Of a stretch of 64,000 nt of DNA, positions 60,800-64,000 are shown piece by piece. Below the pieces are notes generated by a model that was not told where the DNA came from, searched no databases, and saw nothing but the letters and a program-made list of their open reading frames with translations. Position numbers and translations under genes: made by a program. This DNA comes from Prorocentrum cordatum (Eukaryota): contig CAUYUJ010000001.1 in assembly GCA_963575745.1 (NCBI GenBank), positions 3,472,001 to 3,536,000 on the forward strand, written 5' to 3'. Within the stretch, counting starts at the first letter, position 1; every line of letters begins with the position of its first letter.

Positions 60800-61271
60800 T
60801 CAGAATCATGATCATGATCATGATCACGATCGCAATCATCACCATCATTATCATCATCATCATCATCATCATCATCCACATCATCATCATCATCATCTTC
60901 ATCTTCATCTTCTTCATCATCATCATCATCATTGCCTTCGTCATCATAATCCCTCCCCGTCCCCCTCGCTCATAATTCTCCTCGTCCTCATCGTAATCGT
61001 TTCCTTATCCTACTCCTCTCCCCCTTTTCCTCCTTGTTTTCACCTCCTCCGTATCTTCTTCGCCCCCTCATCCTCGCCTTCGTTTCCAAGGGGGGGCGGC
61101 GCGCGCGCGAGAGAACGAGGCGGCCGCTCTTGACCCTCCAGACGGCAAAGAGGGTCCAAAACGACCCAAGACAAACCCAAGCACGGCATCCCTCTCCATC
61201 CTCATCCTCCTTCTCCGCGTCGTCGTCGTCACCATCATCACCATCATCATCGCCATCATCGAACTCATCAC

Positions 61272-61317
<46 letters not shown>

Positions 61318-61960
61318 GCCACCATTGCCAGTATAGCAATCATCTTCATCGTCACAACCAACACCATTACCATCATGATCATCATCATCATCACCATCAT
61401 CAAAATCCATCCCTGCCCCCCTCACTCATAATTCTCCTCGTCCTCATCGCAATCACTTCCCCCTCCTCCTCTCCCCCCTCCTCCTCGTCCTTGTTTTCAC
61501 CTCCTCCTCATCTCCATCATCTCCTCATCCTCGTCCCCATTTCCCTGGGAGGGCGGCGCGCGCGCGAGCGAGGCCAACCCTCCGCTTCAGACCCCACAGA
61601 CGGCCAAGAAGGCCCACTACAACCCAAGACAAACCCACGGACGGCCTTCCTCTCCCTCCCCATCCTCCTCCTCCTCCTCCTCCGCATCGTCGTCGTCGCC
61701 ATCATCGTCATCATCGTCATCATTAGAATCATCATCATCATCATCGCAACCGTCATCAGAGTGGTGTGGCAATCATCGCCATCATCAAAATCATCAATAC
61801 CATCATGATCATCATCGTTTTCACCACCACCGTCATCATACTCCATCCTCGTCCCCCTCACTCATAAGTCCCCTAATCCTCATCATAAGCACTTCCTCAT
61901 CCTCCTCCCCCCTCCTCTTCCTTGTTTTCACCTCCGTTTCATCCTTCGCGTCCTCGTCGT
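60800..61960. repeat. (CAT)n-rich ~450-bp tandem unit (about 2.5 copies)
   Basis: CTCATAATTCTCCTCGTCCTCATC and CCTTGTTTTCACCTCC recur at about 60970, 61425 and 61860. Confidence 0.85.
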
Positions 61961-62744
61961 CGTCCTAATTTCCCTGGGACTGCTGCATCCCCAAATGCGA
62001 CGTCAGCTCTTTCCGCGTGCACGCCCTGAGGTCGTAAACAGCCTTGTGTTTCGACCAAGCTTTGCTTTCGTGGCATGTGGCCGATAATTGGACGCCGTCG
62101 CACATGATGCACCACATGGCGTCGGGGTACCTGCTATGAGGGCTTCGGCTTTCGTCGCCATCAACCCCCATGGCCGCCCAAGCGAACAGGGGGGCGCAAA
62201 GCGCACCACAAATTGTCATGGACGTGCGGATGGTGACTCCGACGCCCCCGCCCCGCCCGAAGACCCCGCCCGAGTCGATGTCCAGCAGCGTGCCCTCGGG
62301 CACATTCAAGCGAGGTATTTTTTTTACCGTCTCTCGTGTGGTGGGGCTTTCGGCTGATATCCCAAACCCTTTTCCACTCCTTTTCGACGCGTTCACGCGT
62401 GTACCCTGTGAAAAACTACACCCCCAAACGCCCCGACGCTGAGTGGCAGGAAGTGGCGTGTCACGTGTCACGGCTTGCTGGCACGGCGGCGGGAGTTTCC
62501 GTAGGCAGCCAGATATGGAGAGTGCAGTTGCAACGTGCGAAGTCATGCATTCATCACCGATTGACCCATCGGGTCGGGGCTGCAGGCGGGGCGGGGGCGA
62601 CAGGATCACCAATGAGAACTACGATATCGGGACATCAATTACAATATCGGGATCTCTGTGAAGACCCGCGGAAGGATGGAGAGAAGATGTAGGGTGACGC
62701 AATGAGAGACATATCTATTCAGATGTATGTACATATATACACAC

Positions 62745-63440
62745 AGATTTCGTCAGGCGTCCACTCGCCATGGTCAACTTGCCCCAATGTCCCTTTACCA
62801 CTCCCGTGGCGTTCCGAAGACGAGGTCAGACAATCCTAAGGAACAACAGCGCCACTTCCGAGAGCATTCACCGCGAATCGGGGCCCTCAGCCAGCACAGC
62901 CAACAGGAACCCCAGGGACGAGACCCAAAAACGCCTGCAGGTCACAGACGGGGGCCCAAGACATTCCCCCTGACATAGACCACAGGCCCATACAGTCTGA
63001 CACAGAACGGCGGAGGGGGCCAAGCTAACCCCCGGGCTCAGGCACCGGATTGGGACAACTACGAGATTCGCGCTTCTACGAGGGGTGGCAAGCGGGTGGG
63101 GTCCAAAGAGGGTACGAGCAGGACGCGGCGAAGCACGGACCCACGGCCCCTGTATGATCATACACATTCGTGTATACGGGCATGCGGTTTTCGTCCGGCG
63201 TCCACTCGCCAGTGGTCAACTTGCTCCAGTGTCCCTTTGCCACTCCCGTGACGTTCCGAAGACGAGGCCAAACAGTCCCAAGGAACGGCACCGGCTCTTC
63301 CGAGAGCATTCACCGCGAATCGGGACCCCCAGCCAGCCCAGCCAGCAGGGCCGCCGGGGACGAGACCCCAAGACGCCTGCAGGTCACAGATGGGCGCCCA
63401 AGACACCACCTCTTGACACAGACCGCAGGCCCAGACATCC
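62745..63440 (+). repeat. ~250 bp direct repeat pair (offset about 440 bp)
   Basis: GGCGTCCACTCGCCA...GTTCCGAAGACGAGG...CTTCCGAGAGCATTCACCGCGAATCGGG...CGCCTGCAGGTCACAGA occurs twice. Confidence 0.9.
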
Positions 63441-64000
63441 TGCCAAGATCCCACATTCGTGGCCCGCATGGGCCGCCTCTCTATCAGTTCGTACTATCCA
63501 CGCTTCACCCTATGGCCCTGGAGCGGACCAATTCGCACAACGCTGATGAGAACATTACAACTCGACTAGCTGATCCTGCACAATGAAAAATTCAGATGCT
63601 AAATCTGGCAACAATCAGCATCTACTTGTACATCTGCAACGCTCGGATGAACACATTACCAACTGGAACAAAGCTGGAGAGTGCAAATTCATAAGTACAG
63701 GTTCTAGAAAATGCACCGGCAAGCTGCCGTGGGCTCATCGCGACACGTCGGACAGAGAGAGCAGGGGAAATTGCAATTGGTCGCGAACGCGATCGCCGTT
63801 CCCCTGAAAGGTGGACGCCTGATAACCGAACTCCCTCGCGAGGGCCCGCAGCTGCCCGTCACAGTATTGCCAGAAGCCGCGTTCCAAACACCATGGCCCC
63901 ATTTCAGATCGAGGGAGCAGCCGCGCTCTTGTGAAAGCACTCCCCTGGAACACCTGCAGGATTTCTGCGGAACCCTAAGGATTCCTGATGCAGGCTTGAG

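Noticed and set aside
1..64000. rRNA, tRNA, prokaryotic operons or an autonomous transposase/Rep-helicase
   Set aside because: None recognised by eye. tRNAscan-SE, Infernal and HMM searches would be needed to exclude divergent cases.

Overview
This is eukaryotic, GC-rich, very repeat-dense genomic DNA. GC-AG introns, micro-exons, multi-kb introns, a dinoflagellate-style Copia element and abundant GGCCCCAAGA-type repeats suggest a dinoflagellate (Prorocentrum-like); that assignment is inference. Almost all ORFs in the supplied track are artefacts of repeats. One real host gene can be spliced by hand: a minus-strand bestrophin-family anion channel. Five exons of 17-94 bp at about 29.7, 29.2, 28.5, 11.9 and 5.4 kb give VMNMYLDTPLPFGYVHLITLLVNVQNLVM-AVFTSVE...SV-DTIFLE-VVTLGVVVAVYQ-GILQIACVIANPFGDNILNFPIAG, across introns of up to about 16.6 kb. 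The window also holds a frameshifted, intronless fragment of a voltage-gated channel voltage sensor (about 33.4-33.7 kb), an internally deleted Ty1/Copia element with two LTRs and a PBS (56.2-59.6 kb), several 170-500 bp TIR/foldback MITEs, and 89-, 100- and 152-bp satellites. The most interesting signal is a set of non-coding elements of different sequence that share one end architecture: a 5' hairpin, short subterminal inverted repeats and a 3' C-GNA-G mini-hairpin. One of these families forms a 10.5-kb head-to-tail array. This suggests non-autonomous Helitron2/Helentron-like rolling-circle elements that carry satellites. No rRNA, tRNA or CRISPR array was found. All alignments were done by eye, and repeat boundaries are approximate.
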